Source of the DNA: Brevinematales bacterium
GTDB lineage: Bacteria; Spirochaetota; Brevinematia; Brevinematales; GWF1-51-8
DNA: 64,000 bases
Reading direction: 5' to 3'
Assembly (NCBI GenBank): GCA_020059465.1
Contig: JAGVBZ010000025.1
Span: forward strand, 2,913-66,912
The position numbers and the translations under genes are program-made. Position 1 is the stretch's first letter; the number at the start of each line of letters is the position of its first letter. Below the pieces are notes generated by a model, which saw only the letters and a program-made list of their open reading frames with translations, did not search any database and was not told the DNA's origin. This document shows positions 62,609-64,000 of this stretch, in pieces.

Positions 62609-62985
62609 CTCCACAAAAGTATGAAATATTTTATCATAAATCGGCAGGAAGTCAAAAAAAAGCAGAATTCTTCCGCTTAATAACAATAAAGCGGAAATAT
62701 TTGAAAAAATACTTGCATTGTTTCTCAAAATGATGCATAATACATGAACGATTAGGTTTGAGTATCCAGATTAGATTTCGGTATTTGGTTTAGTTTTTGA
62801 GAAGCGGATTTTGTATCTCGTTTTCCGGAGAAATTCAACAATGTGGGGTTTTACTCATCTTCTTTTTCAGTTCACTTGTTTCAACTCCGTTTTCATTCCT
62901 TTCTCAAAGCAAGAGTTACCATCTACCATCTTGCTGCGCTTGAATGGTACCGATCCGACCGTTGGCAAGCTTTAAGGAGGTTTTT

Positions 62986-63246
62986 ATGCCAACATCCATC
63001 TACGTGGGCAATCTGCCCTTTTCCACCACAGAACAGGATCTCGCATCTTTGTTCTCGCCTTACGGCGAAGTAGTTTCTGCTAAGATCATCCAGGACAGAG
63101 AGACCGGACGCAGCAAAGGCTTCGGTTTCGTTGAAATGGGATCGCAGGATCAGGCTCAGAATGCGATTGCGAGTCTTGACCAGTCTGAAATGGCGGGCAG
63201 GAACATCAAGGTTAATCTTGCTAAGCCTAGAAAGCCCCGTTTCTAA
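62986..63246 (+). CDS. RRM-type RNA-binding protein
   Basis: AAGGAGG RBS before ATG 62986, while the track uses 62944. RNP2 IYVGNL, RNP1 KGFGFVEM. 86 aa. Confidence 0.92.
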   Translation: MPTSIYVGNLPFSTTEQDLASLFSPYGEVVSAKIIQDRETGRSKGFGFVEMGSQDQAQNAIASLDQSEMAGRNIKVNLAKPRKPRF

Positions 63247-63264
63247 GGAAATTAACTGACAAAC

Positions 63265-63301
63265 CGGCGCGGCCCTTTTTAAGGGCCGCGCTTATTTTTT
63301 C
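63265..63301 (+). terminator. Rho-independent terminator
   Basis: GCGCGGCCC-TTTTTAA-GGGCCGCGC followed by TTATTTTTT. Confidence 0.85.
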
Positions 63302-63314
63302 GCTCCCCCCGCGC

Positions 63315-63342
63315 TTGACATTTTATTTCCGTTCACTACAAT
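63315..63342 (+). promoter_or_regulatory. Sigma70-type promoter of the ZnuA-like gene
   Basis: TTGACA (63315-63320), 16 nt, TACAAT (63337-63342). Confidence 0.55.
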
Positions 63343-63381
63343 ATTGCCCTGATATCATTCCACAAGTTCGGAGGATATTTT

Positions 63382-64000
63382 ATGAAAACCGTCCTTTTAC
63401 TCCTGATCGTTCTTTCCTTCACGATGCCCGGATGTACCGTGAAACAAAAAAGCGGAAAACCAGTTATCTTTGTCAGCATCCTTCCCCAGAAGTTTCTGGC
63501 CGAACGGATTGCGGGCGGCAAGGCTGAAATCCACTCGATGACCCAGCCCGGTCAGGATCCCCATACGTTCGAACCCGCGCCCAGCCAGATGTTCGCCCTT
63601 TCCGACGCCGTGCTTTATATTACCGCAGGTATCGAATTTGAAAATATATGGATAGGCAAAATCCGCGAGGCCAATCCCTCGATGAAATTTATCAGTTCTA
63701 TCGAGGATATCGTGCTGATCCCGTTCGAGTCCGCAGATGCGCACGAACACGGGCACAGCCATGACGCGCCGGACCCGCATGTGTGGCTCTCCCCCGTCAA
63801 CGCGATGACAATGGCGAAAAACATCCTGCACGCGCTCGAACTCTGCGATAGTACAAATAAAGGATATTTCCGTTCGAACTACGATCAACTGATAATCGAT
63901 TTGACCGAACTCGACCGCCTCATCCGGGCACAGTTACAGAAGGCCGCTGTGACCAATATGCTGGTCTTTCATCCGTCATGGGGATACTTCGCGAAGGAAT
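63382..64000 (+). CDS. Metal (Zn/Mn) ABC transporter substrate-binding lipoprotein, ZnuA/TroA family (3'-truncated by the window edge)
   Basis: Absent from the ORF track because no stop is reached. My translation from ATG 63382 gives MKTVLLLLIVLSFTMPGCTVK (lipobox), QPGQDPHTFEP, a His-rich loop HEHGHSHDAPDPHVWLSP, and FHPSWGYFA. Confidence 0.8.
   Translation, partial: MKTVLLLLIVLSFTMPGCTVKQKSGKPVIFVSILPQKFLAERIAGGKAEIHSMTQPGQDPHTFEPAPSQMFALSDAVLYITAGIEFENIWIGKIREANPSMKFISSIEDIVLIPFESADAHEHGHSHDAPDPHVWLSPVNAMTMAKNILHALELCDSTNKGYFRSNYDQLIIDLTELDRLIRAQLQKAAVTNMLVFHPSWGYFAKE

Noticed and set aside
1-64000. Prophage, transposon or integrative element signatures
   Set aside because: No integrase, transposase, terminal inverted repeats with target duplications, phage structural genes or tRNA attachment sites were recognised. 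Only short intergenic repeats and TA modules suggest accessory content.

Overview
64-kb chromosomal window from a diderm, flagellated bacterium, shown by flgA-flgI, several outer-membrane beta-barrel candidates and lipobox lipoproteins. GC looks roughly 50% by eye (not computed). The lineage cannot be fixed from this window. The content fits either an FCB-group or a spirochaete-like organism. I support about 55 protein genes and found no rRNA, tRNA, CRISPR array, transposase or integrase.

Layout:
- 0.1-4.1 kb: three toxin-antitoxin modules (PIN-like pair, RHH/RelE, MntA/HepT) around a convergent PPTase/FabF pair.
- 4.1-7.2 kb: purH and thrC.
- 7.3-10.2 kb: lipoprotein, ankyrin lipoprotein and an orphan sugar-type ABC permease.
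- 10.2-17.8 kb: HAMP class III cyclase operon, VWA-TPR (BatB-like) protein and a degenerate cyclase-like membrane protein.
- 17.9-22.4 kb: flgI-flgA, then DUF503, purine nucleoside phosphorylase and malic enzyme.
- 22.4-36.4 kb: seven tightly coupled secreted-protein genes. They comprise a 1790-aa LTD/DUF11 giant, two discoidin proteins, two DUF11-like paralogs (one with a FlgD-Ig/T9SS-type C-terminal domain), a PorV/PorQ-like barrel with a TPR tail, and a bitopic TPR/FN3 protein.
- 36.7-42.6 kb: six genes carrying about 11 copies of one DcrB/PsbP-like lipoprotein domain, six of them in a single 1019-aa protein.
- 42.6-64 kb: mostly housekeeping and envelope genes. These are HIT, HAD, OMPs, yebC, cheW operon, MsbA-like exporter, smpB, DUF3467, rpsA, LVIVD propeller, a response regulator plus two histidine kinases, RRM protein and a partial ZnuA-like gene.

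Most interesting:
- the surface/PorV-like locus;
- the domain-array paralog cluster;
- a sigma54-type promoter plus terminator bracketing a ~125-nt candidate sRNA between flgA and the DUF503 gene;
- two families of short intergenic repeats.

All homology calls are hand motif recognition. No searches were run.
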